From positions 113,276,001-113,340,000 of the forward strand of contig NC_086107.1 in NCBI RefSeq assembly GCF_963921235.1: a stretch of 64,000 nt of DNA, given 5' to 3'. Within the stretch, counting starts at the first letter, position 1. The number at the start of each line of letters is the position of its first letter. The stretch is from Mobula hypostoma. Its lineage: Eukaryota. The notes beneath the pieces are model-generated. The model was not told the origin of the DNA. It searched no databases and worked only from the letters and a program-made list of their open reading frames with translations. Below, in pieces: positions 12,324 through 22,578 of this stretch. The position numbers and the translations under genes are program-made.

Positions 12324-12689
12324 GCAATATTTTATGTACATGTTGTATTTAGAATTGGGAACGTTATGCCTGTAAGGGCGGATTCAATAGCAGCTTTCAA
12401 GGAAGAACTGGACAATTTACATAGAAAGCAAAATGGAACAGAGCAAATAGGACTGCTCTTTCACACTATTACCATGCAGAGACCTGGGATCAATTCTGTC
12501 ACTGACGTTAAGGAGATTGCATGTTCTCCCTATGACCACCTGGATCTCCTCTGGCTGCTCCCACGTTCCAAAGGTGTGTGGGTTTGTAGGTGTAGTTGGT
12601 GTAGTTGGTCAACACAGGTTCATTAGCCTGGAGGGCCTGTGACCCTGCTGTATTTCTAAATAAAACAGATAAAATAAATAAAATTGCCA

Positions 12690-13850
12690 GTTTATCTGGC
12701 AAAATGCCTCATCGCCAGATCTCACCAACAGGCACCAGGACCTCGCCTGGCTGGTGGTGAGAGGGGCCCTCCCAGTCAGATCCCTCCTATACCCCCGGAA
12801 CATCGTCTCCACACCCCACTGCCCACGGGAGGACTGCAGTGAGAAGGAGTCTGTGACCCACCTCTTTGCACACTGTGAGTTCGCAAAGAGGGTGTGGAGG
12901 AGGATGGACGGGCTAGTGTCACGTTTTATCCCCAGCAGCTGCGTAACAGAGGACTCTCTGATCTACGGGCCATTCCTGGGGACGCACACGGAGACCAACA
13001 TCCGGTGCTGCTGGCAGATCATCAACTCGGTGAAAGACGCCCTTTGGTCGGCCCGAAACTTGATGATCTACCAGCACATGGAGATGTCCGTGGGAGAATG
13101 CTGCCGACTGGCACGTTGTCGACTGCAGGAGTACGTGCTGAGGGACGCACTGAAACTCGGTGCAGCCACCGCAAGGGCCCGGTGGGGAAGGACCGCTGTA
13201 TAGGTTTCTCCACCCGCGGGAGTGGGAGGGGTCGGGGGGCGGGGAGTATACCCCTCAACAATGATGTGGTAAGCTGAACTACTGGAGTGCCACGTGGGTG
13301 GCCATAAGTATGGATAGGTGCAGACTATAATGGAAAGTATGTTAAGGATGGAAAGTTATTGAATGGTTTATTGTATTGGATCAAGTAGGCTTATTCTTGT
13401 TGGAATTTAGAAGATTGAGGGAGGATCTTATTGAAATGTATAAAATCCTAAAGAGATTGGACAGGCTAGATGCAGGAAGATTGTTCCCGATGTTGGGGAA
13501 GTCCAGAACGAGGGGTCACAGTTTAAGGATAGAAGGGAAGCCTTTTAGGACCGAGATGAGGAAAAACTTCTTCACACAGAGAGTGGTGAATCTGTGGAAT
13601 TCTCTGCCACAGGAAACAGTTGAGGCCAGTTCATTGGCTATATTTAAGAGGGAGTTAGATATGGCCCTTGTGGCTAAAGGGATCAGGGGGTATGGAGGGA
13701 AGGCTGGTACAGGGTTCTGAGTTGGATGATCAGCCATGATCATACTGAACGGTGGTGCAGGCTCGAAGGGCCGAATGGCCTACTCCTGCACCTATTTTCT
13801 ATGTTTCTACATAATTTATTTTTGAATGAAGCATATTTTGAAAAAAAAAT
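12690..13850 (+). mobile_element. L1/Tx1-clade LINE 3' fragment (12690-13375, tail resumes ~13811-13850) interrupted by a CR1 3' fragment (~13376-13810)
   Basis: ORF 12754..13203 has the ORF2 C-terminal zinc-knuckle pattern CPREDC..ESVTHLFAHC.FA.RVW. The insert encodes CR1 LEFRRLREDLIEMYKI..FFTQRVVNLWNSLP and ends in tttctatg repeats. An A-tract follows. Confidence 0.8.
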
Positions 13851-14012
13851 TTCTAAATAAAATACGAAGTTAGTGCAGGCATTAGTGGCCCTAATGACCT
13901 CCTTCAGTGCTGTAAGATTCTGCAAAGTGAGTGGAAACACCAAGAAGTTTTGTGTCTCTGAAAACACCTTGAAAGAGAGGAACGTGAATACTGTTGAAAG
14001 ATCTGCGCTCAC

Positions 14013-14101
14013 CTGCGTGCTGTCGGGAAGGACTGTGCCACTTGGAGAATGAAAGCCACCATCAGGAGGATCTGAACTTTGAGCCAGGGTCTCCCAGCCA
14101 T
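14013..14101 (-). CDS. Secretin-family prepro-hormone, coding part of exon 2 (exon 14105-14013): signal peptide MAGRPWLKVQILLMVAFILQVAQS-FPTAR(R)
   Basis: Acceptor tctacctttgcag|GACCATGG with a strong Kozak context. Basic n-region, hydrophobic h-region, A-Q-S cleavage motif. Donor CGCAG|gtgagc in phase 2 joins exon 3 in frame (RRHKR-HSD). Confidence 0.9.
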
Positions 14102-14301
14102 GGTCCTGCAAAGGTAGAATCGATTAGAATCTCAAGACTGTTGGAAATTGTTCTGACTTTCTTGCAGTCACCTTCCTGCTCCGTTACCCAACCATCTTCA
14201 GAAGAATCGGGCAGATTAGGATTCAGATCCAGGTCTAGAACAGGCCAATAAATAACTTGGCCCATTTCTTGGAATATTATGAATCAGCTGATTTTACTGC
14301 T

Positions 14302-14433
14302 CAACTTCTTGAACTAGTGTGGTGCCAACTTCTTGAACTAGTGTGGTGCCAACTTCTTGAACTAGTGTGGTGCCAACTTCTTGAACTAGTGTGGTGCCAA
14401 CTTCTTGAACTAGTGTGGTGCCAACTTCTTGAA
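14302..14433. repeat. Perfect 24-bp minisatellite (caacttcttgaactagtgtggtgc) x5.5
   Basis: Identical head-to-tail units, no spacers. Confidence 0.95.
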
Positions 14434-16831
14434 TTAGATTTCTAAAAATGTTCTTCCTTCATGCAATGGCATCTATCACCCAGCCCTAAATGCCCTGAAA
14501 TGAAGATACAGTTCAGTCAACTATAGAGAGGTGTTGAGAAGACTCGAAACAATTATTTAAAGGGGCGCTTGAAATTTTTGGATGGCGGGATGGAGATACA
14601 TCTCTACTAAAGGAGGCGTAAGGCACTGCCTTCCCTCCGCTAGGCTGAAGGTCACCCTTGGGGAGGTGTAGCACCTGCTTAGCCCCAATCATGGTCATGA
14701 AAAGCCATGGGAGCAGGTAGTGGATGGTCATACGAGCAGCTGGTGCATATCACATATCCTGGTTATGCGGCCACTGACGCCAGGCAGACAGTCTCTGAAG
14801 AGTACTGATCGTGGCTGGGTTCAGCTGTCTTGCCCAGAAGAAGGCAATGGCAGAGCACTTCTGTAGAAAGTTTGCCAGGTGCAATCATGGCTATGAGACC
14901 GTGATCGCCCATGTTGTACGACACAGCACATAATGACGATGATGATGACTTGGAATTAATGTAACCTGTCTTTGTGCCGTCCTTCCAAGTAAACCAAAAG
15001 CTGGACTATTCACTTAATCTCAGAGCCGATCTGCCTGCTTTAGAACATAGAACACTACAGCACAGTACAGATCCTCAGCCCACTGTGTTGTGCTGATCTT
15101 TTAACCTACTCAGATCAATCTAACCCTTCCCTCCCACATAGCCCTCCATTTTTCTATCATCCATGTGCCTATCTAAGAGTTCTTCCAGGTCCCTAATAAA
15201 TCTGCCTCAACTATCACCCCTGGCAGTGCTTTCCATGTACCCACCACACTCTGCGTAAAAAATTACTTCTGACATCCCCTCTATACTTTCCTCCAATCAT
15301 TTAAAATTATGTCCCCTTTGTATCAGCCATTTCCGTCATTGGCAGTTCACCCAGTCTATGCCCCTTATCATCTTTACACCTCTATCAAGTCACCTCACAT
15401 CCTCCTTCACTCCAAAGGGAAAAGCCCTAGCTCGCTCATAAAACAGGGTCTCTAATCCAGGCAGCATCCTGGTAAATCTCCTCTGCACCCCCTGTGAAGG
15501 TTCCACATCCTTCACATAATGAGGCGACCAGAACTGAACACAATATTCCAAGTGAGATCTAAACAGGGCTTTATGGAGCTGCAACATTACCTCACGGCTC
15601 TTGAACCCAAACCCCCAACTAATGAAGGCCAACACACTATGCATCTTCTTAACCACCCTATCAACTTGCATACAACAGGAATTCTGCAGATGCTGGAAAT
15701 TCAAGCAACACACATCAAAGTTGCTGGTGAACGCAGCAGGCCAAGCAGCATCTATAGGAAGAGGCGCAGTCGACGTTTCAGGCCGAGACCCTTCGTCAGG
15801 ACTAACTGAAGGAAGAGTGAGTAAGGGATTTGAAAGCTGGAGGGGGAGGGGGAGATGCAAAATGATAGGAGAAGACAGGAGGGGGAGGGATGGAGCCGAG
15901 AGCTGGACAGGTGATAGGCAGAAGGGGATACGAGAGGATCATGGGACAGGAGGTCCGGGAAGAAAGACGGGGGGGGGGTGACCCAGAGGATGGGCAAGAG
16001 GTATATTCAGAGGGACAGAGGGAGAAAAAGGAGAGTGAGAGAAAGAATGTGTGCATAAAAAAGAGTAACAGATGGGGTACGAGGGGGAGGTGGGGCCTAG
16101 CGGAAGTTAGAGAAGTCAATGTTCATGCCATCAGGTTGGAGGCTACCCATACGGAATATAAGGTGTTGTTCCTCCAACCTGAGTGTGGCTTCATCTTTAC
16201 AGTAGAGGAGGCCGTGGATAGACATGTCAGAATGGGAATGGGATGTGGAATTAAAATGTGTGGCCACTGGGAGATCCTGCTTTCTCTGGCGGACAGAGCG
16301 TAGATGTTCAGCAAAGCGGTCTCCCAGTCTGCGTCGGGTCTCACCAATATATAAAAGGCCACATCGGGAGCACCGGACGCAGTATATCACCCCAGTCGAC
16401 TCACAGGTGAAGTGATGCCTCACCTGGAAGGACTGTTTGGGGCCCTGAATGGTGGTAAGGGAGGAAGTGTAAGGGCATGTGTAGCACTTGTTCCGCTTAC
16501 ACGGATAAGTGCCAGGAGGGAGATCAGTGGGGAGGGATGGGGGGGACGAATGGACAAGGGAGTTGTGTAGGGAGCGATCCCTGCGGAATGCAGAGAGAGG
16601 GGTGGAGGGAAAGATATGCTTAGTGGTGGGATCCCGTTGGAGGTGGCGGAAGTTACGGAGAATAATATGTTGGACCCGGAGGCTGGTGGGGTGGTAGGTG
16701 AGGACCAGGGGAACCCTATTCCTAGTGGGGTGGTGGGAGGATGGAGTGAGAGCAGATGTACGTGAAATGGGGGAGATGCGTTTAAGAGCAGAGTTGATAG
16801 TGGAGGAAGGGAAGCCCCTTTCTTTAAAAAA

Positions 16832-17572
16832 TCTTCATTTTTTAAAGAAAGGGGCTTCCCTTCCTCCACTATCAACTCTGCTCTTAAACGCATCTCCCCC
16901 ATTTCACGTACATCTGCTCTCACTCCATCCTCCCACCACCCCACTAGGAATAGGGTTCCCCTGGTCCTCACCTACCACCCCACCAGCCTCCGGGTCCAAC
17001 ATATTATTCTCCGTAACTTCCGCCACCTCCAACGGGATCCCACCACTAAGCATATCTTTCCCTCCACCCCTCTCTCTGCATTCCGCAGGGATCGCTCCCT
17101 ACACAACTCCCTTGTCCATTCGTCCCCCCCATCCCTCCCCACTGATCTCCCTCCTGGCACTTATCCGTGTAAGCGGAACAAGTGCTACACATGCCCTTAC
17201 ACTTCCTCCCTTACCACCATTCAGGGCCCCAAACAGTCCTTCCAGGTGAGGCATCACTTCACCTGTGAGTCGACTGGGGTGATATACTGCGTCCGGTGCT
17301 CCCGATGTGGCCTTTTATATATTGGTGAGACCCGACGCAGACTGGGAGACCGCTTTGCTGAACATCTACGCTCTGTCCGCCAGAGAAAGCAGGATCTCCC
17401 AGTGGCCACACATTTTAATTCCACATCCCATTCCCATTCTGACATGTCTATCCACGGCCTCCTCTACTGTAAAGATGAAGCCACACTCAGGTTGGAGGAA
17501 CAACACCTTATATTCCGTATGGGTAGCCTCCAACCTGATGGCATGAACATTGACTTCTCTAACTTCCGCTAG
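16832..17572 (+). CDS. Penelope-like ORF C-terminal fragment: RT thumb region, Cys-rich linker and GIY-YIG endonuclease (mirror copy 16097-16832 on minus); 5'-truncated, no start codon
   Basis: Uninterrupted frame SSFFKERGFP..VPLVLTYHP..PGTYPCKRNKCYTC..FTCESTGVIYCVRCSRCGLLYIGETRRRLGDRFAEH..VATHFN..EQHLIFRMGSLQPDGMN. A Cys-rich linker is typical of the Neptune group. Confidence 0.88.
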   Translation, partial: SSFFKERGFPSSTINSALKRISPISRTSALTPSSHHPTRNRVPLVLTYHPTSLRVQHIILRNFRHLQRDPTTKHIFPSTPLSAFRRDRSLHNSLVHSSPPSLPTDLPPGTYPCKRNKCYTCPYTSSLTTIQGPKQSFQVRHHFTCESTGVIYCVRCSRCGLLYIGETRRRLGDRFAEHLRSVRQRKQDLPVATHFNSTSHSHSDMSIHGLLYCKDEATLRLEEQHLIFRMGSLQPDGMNIDFSNFR

Positions 17573-17865
17573 GCCCCACCTCCCCCTCGTACCCCATCTG
17601 TTACTCTTTTTTATGCACACATTCTTTCTCTCACTCTCCTTTTTCTCCCTCTGTCCCTCTGAATATACCTCTTGCCCATCCTCTGGGTCACCCCCCCCCC
17701 GTCTTTCTTCCCGGACCTCCTGTCCCATGATCCTCTCGTATCCCCTTCTGCCTATCACCTGTCCAGCTCTCGGCTCCATCCCTCCCCCTCCTGTCTTCTC
17801 CTATCATTTTGCATCTCCCCCTCCCCCTCCAGCTTTCAAATCCCTTACTCACTCTTCCTTCAGTT

Positions 17866-17901
17866 AGTCCTGACGAAGGGTCTCGGCCTGAAACGTCGAC
17901 T
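17866..17901 (+). ncRNA. Minimal hammerhead ribozyme motif (mirror copy 15768-15803, minus strand)
   Basis: AGUC-CUGACGA-AGG(gucucgg)CCU-GAAA-CGUC^GACU. Confidence 0.75.
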
Positions 17902-18149
17902 GCGCCTCTTCCTATAGATGCTGCTTGGCCTGCTGCGTTCACCAGCAACTTTGATGTGTGTTGCTATCAACTTGCATGGCAACTTTGAGGAATCTATGGA
18001 TGAGGACCCCAAGAACCCTCTGTTCTTCCACACCATCAAGAATCCTGCTATTAACCTTCTATTCTACCTTCAAATTCAACCTTCCAACATGATTCTTCCC
18101 ATCTCTTGGAGGAATGTACACAGATCCCTGCTTCACACAGCAGAAAGAT

Positions 18150-18612
18150 ATACTCAGTGGCCACTTTATTAAGTACACCTGTACATCTGCTTATTAATGC
18201 AAATATCTAAACAGCCAATCCTGTGGCAGCAACTCAATGCATAAAAGCATGCAGACACGGTCAAGAGGTTCAGTTGTTGTTCAGACCAAACATCAGAATG
18301 GGGAAGAAATGTGATCGAAGTGACTTTGACTATGGGTGATTGTTGGTGATAGATGCAGTGGTTTGAGCATCTCACAAACTGCTGATCTGCTGGGATTTTC
18401 ACACACAACAGTCTCTGGACTTTACAGAGAATGGTGTGAAAATCATAAGAAGATACAATGAGCAGCAGTTCTGGGGTTGAAAACCCCTGGTTAATGAGAG
18501 AGGTCAGAGGAGAATGGCCAGACTGCTTCAGACTGACAGGAAGGCGACAGTAACTCAAATAACCATGTGTTACAACAGAGGTGTGCACAAGAGCATCTCA
18601 GAAAGCACAACA
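18150..18612 (+). mobile_element. Non-autonomous Tc1-like element (related copies ~6380-6590, 34000-34552, 38855-39270, 63410-63910)
   Basis: Shared terminus cagtggccactttattaggtacacctg, a decayed Tc1 HTH-coding segment, and multiple dispersed copies. Confidence 0.65.
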
Positions 18613-19125
18613 TAGGACATAGAACATAGTACAGTACAGCACAGTACAGGATCTTCGGCCCACAATATTGTGCCGACCTTCAAACCCTGCCTCCCATATA
18701 AGCCCCCAACTTAAATTCCTCCATATACCTGTCCAGTGGTCTCTTAAACTTCACTAGTGTATCTGCCTCCACCACTGACTCAGGCAGTGCATTCCACGCA
18801 CGAACCACTCTCTGAGTAAAAAACCTTCCTCTAATGTCCCCCTTGAACTTCCCACCCCTTACCTTAAAGCCATGTCCTCTTGTATTGAGCAGCGGTGCCC
18901 TGGGGAAGAGGTGCTGGCTATCCACTCTATCTATTCCTCTTATTATCTTGTACAGCTCTATCATGTCTCCTCTCATCCTCCTTCTCTCCAAAGAGTATGT
19001 TGGACCTTGAAGTGGACGGGCCACACCAGCAAAAGTCCAAGAATACTCAACGGCTGCTTGATTAGGTACAGGAAGTTCCTAACAAGTGGCCACTAACCAA
19101 ATGAAGAAAATACATTTTTACTTAC

Positions 19126-19185
19126 AGTGTTTCTGGAGCAGGTACCTCGCTTGTGAGAGGAACAGTCCAGCTAATGCTTTTGACT
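19126..19185 (-). other. Putative non-coding exon 1 of the secretin-family gene (5' end inferred from TATA position)
   Basis: Donor ACACT|gtaagt at 19126/19125 in unique sequence, about 80 nt downstream of a TATA box. Exon 2 begins with an acceptor 4 nt before the ATG, so an upstream exon is required. Confidence 0.65.
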
Positions 19186-19207
19186 CCTAAGATCCAACGA
19201 ACTTCCT

Positions 19208-19340
19208 CTATATACTCTCCTGATCTTGAGATCACCGGATATATCCACTCACTCAAAGCCTGCTTCTTTGATTCACTCCCATAATTGACAAGCAAACTGT
19301 CTTTTATCTTGCTCATGGAAGGTCAAGGTTAGATAAACCA
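19208..19340 (-). promoter_or_regulatory. Putative core promoter of the secretin-family gene
   Basis: TATATAG on minus at 19214-19208, GATA motifs (ttatct 19304-19309, agataa 19331-19336), and nuclear-receptor half-site-like aaggtca/tcaaggtta at ~19319-19331. Confidence 0.55.
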
Positions 19341-21894
19341 CAAATGTCAAAGCGCTTATTCACCAAAACAAGGCAGAGAGGACAGCGATTAGAAGTGGGC
19401 TGTGGTTTACTCCCCCGACCCAGGAGATGAAGATAATCGACATACAATAAAAGACATCTAATGACTCTGTTGGTGCAAGTATTTAAATCCAATTGCTATT
19501 ATCTGTTAAAATGAGGAAGTAATTTTAGTATGATAACTAAATAAGTAATGGTCCAATGTTATTTTGATGACTAGTCCTCGTTATTATTGATTTCTAATGT
19601 AATAAATGGAACATGATGTCTAATCAGGAAAGTCTGGTCCGATTAAGTAGATCGTCTCCTCGTCAAAAACATTCCGCAAGAGTATCGGATTAAGGAAATG
19701 TTCAGACATATTTCACATGCAGTCTTGAATAACAGAGAAACAATTCCCAGTACATTTTCCAAGTTTGCTCACTTCGGTGTGGCCTGTTTTTGATTTCACA
19801 CACAAGCTATTTAACATGTGTGAAAGACTTAAACAGCTGTTGGACAAACTCGGGTTGTTTCCTTTGGAATGGTGGAGGCTGGGGGTGATTTGATAGAGGT
19901 TTGTAAGATTATAAGAGGCCTGGTTAGAGTAGACGGAGTATATTTTTCCCAGGGTACTTACTGCCTGTTACACCGCTGACGTTGAGGGCAGCAATGAAGG
20001 TCCTCCATCTCTGGTGGTGTTCAGGGCTTTCTTCATTGCGTCAGTAGCTTCCTCTTGGTTTTCACTCCTGTCAGTCATGAAAATCCCGAGTGGAGACTCA
20101 GGAATACCATCACACTCCGATGCAGGAGGAGTCTCCATTGCTGTTTCCATAAAAATTTTGTTTTACCAGTCGGGGTTATTAGCCCAGAGCTGAACCCCCT
20201 GAACCTGGAGGGCTGGTGGACCTCTCTTAGTCTGGCCTCTACCCTTTGACCTGTTTGCTATGGGTGACCCAACCACGAGCCAAAGCATAAAGCCCTGACT
20301 CCAGCCAACATAGCTCTCCGGGTCATTGAGACACGCAAGCCTCCAAACCCTACGACAAAGTTTCGGTCCTCTTGGAAGTTTTCCAGGGTAGAAATATCTA
20401 ATACCAGAGGGTGTGCCCTAAAGGTGAGAGGGGTAAGGTCAAAGGGGATGTGAGAGGGGATGCCTGGAATGTGCTGTCTGGTATGGTGGTAAAGTCAAAT
20501 ATATTGGAGGCTTTTAAGGGATGTTCAGATAGGCTCATGCATGTGAGGAAGATGGAGGGATAGGGTCATTCTGTAGTTCGCGGAGGTGAGTTTTTGGGGG
20601 GCTTTTATTTACTTTTTGGCTGGTTCAGCACAACATCGTGTGCTGTACTGTTCTATGTTCTATGTAAGAGGCTCCTTCATGGCTTATAGAATCAGAATCA
20701 GAACCAGGTTTATTCCCACCGATGTAGAGTACATTGTGAAACTTGCTGTTCTGCAGCAATGGTGCAGTGCGATGCATAAAAGTGTCTTTAAATTACGATA
20801 AGAAGTGAATAAGGAGAGGAAGATATTGAGGAGGTGTTCACGGGTTGGAGCATAGGACATTACAGCACAGTTCAGGCCCTGGGGCTCACAATGTTGTGCC
20901 AAACTTGAAGCTAGTCTAAGGTCATTGGTTCATGGATCATTCAGAAATTTGATGGTGGAGAGGAAGAAGCTTTTCTGATAATGTTGTGTGTGTGCCTTCA
21001 GGCTCCTGGACCTCCTCCTTAATGGTACTAATAAGAAGAGGGCATGTCCTGGGTGGTGGGGGTCCTTAATGATGGACGCCACCCTCTCGATGGTGGGGAG
21101 GCTGCTACCCATAATGGAGCTGGCTGAGTTTACAACCCTCTGCAGGTTTTTCCTGACCCAATGCTTCATCGACTCTATATCAGGTGCTGATCCAACTGAT
21201 GCTTTCCACGGTACACTGGTTAGTGACTTTGGTGACATACCCAATCTCCTCATACTCCTGATCAAGTCAAGTCACTTTTTAATGTCATTTCGACCATAAC
21301 TGCTGGTACAGTACACAGTAAAAACGAGACAACATTTTTCAGAACCATGAAATAATACAAAAACTACACTGAACTACGTAAGACAACACAAAAACTACAC
21401 TAGACTGCAGACCTACCCGGGACTGCATAAAGTACACAGAACAGTGCAGGCATTACAATAAATAAGAAACAAGACAATAGGCTCAGTAGAGGGCAGTTGG
21501 TTGGTAGTCTGATGGCTTGGGGGAAAAACTGTTACATAAATAAACAGCCGAATGGCGGTGTCCAGGATTCTGTCCGTTTCTGTACTCCTGCCGAGTATTT
21601 CGTTGGAGTCCGATGTAGTCCATTTAATGTCCATTGGAGAGCGGAATGGACGGGAGAGCCAGCCGGCTTGCTTTTTCCCTGGCATTGGACTCCTGCCCGC
21701 TCGCCTCATGAAATTTAGCCGCTGGTATGCCTTCTTTGTAATTGCATCAATGTGTTGGGCCCAGGATAGATCGTCAGAGACGATGACAGCTATCATCTTG
21801 ACGTTTTCTGCTGCTGCCCTCTCAATGAGGACTGGTGTGCATTTTTCTGACTTCTCCTTCCTGTCAAGCAACCCAGTAAATTTCCAAAATATCG

Positions 21895-22578
21895 GTGGGG
21901 AGGAGAAGATGGCGGCACGACGCAGCGTGCGCGGCCGCTCCGAACTGATATCGTATTTGTTAAATAGGGGCCGTGCACAATCCTGATTTGATGGAGACAG
22001 ATGTGAGAGGCATGGAGGAACATCTGGAGAAACTTCTGAAATGCCCACTTCGCTGCTGCTGCTACTGTGCAATCAAGAATCTCCGGAGGTAAGGCCCCAA
22101 ATCCTCGGCTTTGCCTATTGCCTGTTGCCGGGGCCGGGGTCGAAGCGCTCGGCAGAGATGGTGCTCGGTGCTTGGTGTCGGAGGGCTGGTCGGAGGCTCG
22201 AAGTTTTCTGACGGACTCAAGAATCGGCTGTGGTTGGGTGCTTCCAGGATGCTGCGTTGGCAAGTTTGCGGCGCTGGAAGCTCATGGCACGAAGAGAGTT
22301 TCTCTTCCTTCTACCGTCTGCGTGAGATGATGGGACTCTCGAGAGACTTTGAGACTTTTTTTACCGTGCCCATGGTCTGTTCTTTATCAAATTACGGTAT
22401 TGCTTTGCACTGTTGTAACTATATGTTATAATTATGTGGTTTTTGTCAGTTTTTTTAGTCTTGGTTTGTCTTGTATTTCTGTGATATCATACCGGAGGAA
22501 CATTGTATCATTTAATGCATGCATTACTAAATGACAGTAAAAGAGGACTGCGTGTCCTCATAATCTAATCTAATCTAA
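21895..22578 (+). mobile_element. Non-coding retroposon with (TAATC)n tail; related copy on minus at ~35972-36600 and a fragment at 63945-64000
   Basis: Shared tgatatcgtat..gttaaataggggc..gatttgatggaga body in all three copies and a microsatellite 3' tail. Confidence 0.65.

Larger units (their letters stand above)
15672..17965. mobile_element. Head-to-head inverted pair of Penelope-like 3' ends forming a palindrome (arms 15704-16832 and 16837-17965, spacer CTTC, 32-nt tail 15672-15703 on the left arm only)
   Basis: Mirror-image ORFs with identical translations (coordinate sum 33669). 14-bp TSD ctatcaacttgcat at 15658-15671 and 17964-17977. Confidence 0.93.
15043..18090 (-). mobile_element. 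Old CR1 LINE 3' fragment (15043-15671, resuming 17978-~18090), split by the Penelope palindrome
   Basis: Encodes [36 protein letters not shown]. Sequence after 17977 continues the CR1 collinearly (compare 47470-47595). Confidence 0.8.

Noticed and set aside
14302..14433. CRISPR-like array
   Set aside because: Units are contiguous with no unique spacers, there are no cas genes, and the DNA is vertebrate.
16097..17572. Two divergent GIY-YIG nuclease genes forming a functional locus
   Set aside because: Both are 5'-truncated ends of one Penelope-like ORF, with no start, promoter or RT core.
19122..19316. 64-aa ORF ending at a splice donor
   Set aside because: It runs through the TATA box and resembles no protein I recognise; better explained as promoter plus non-coding exon 1.
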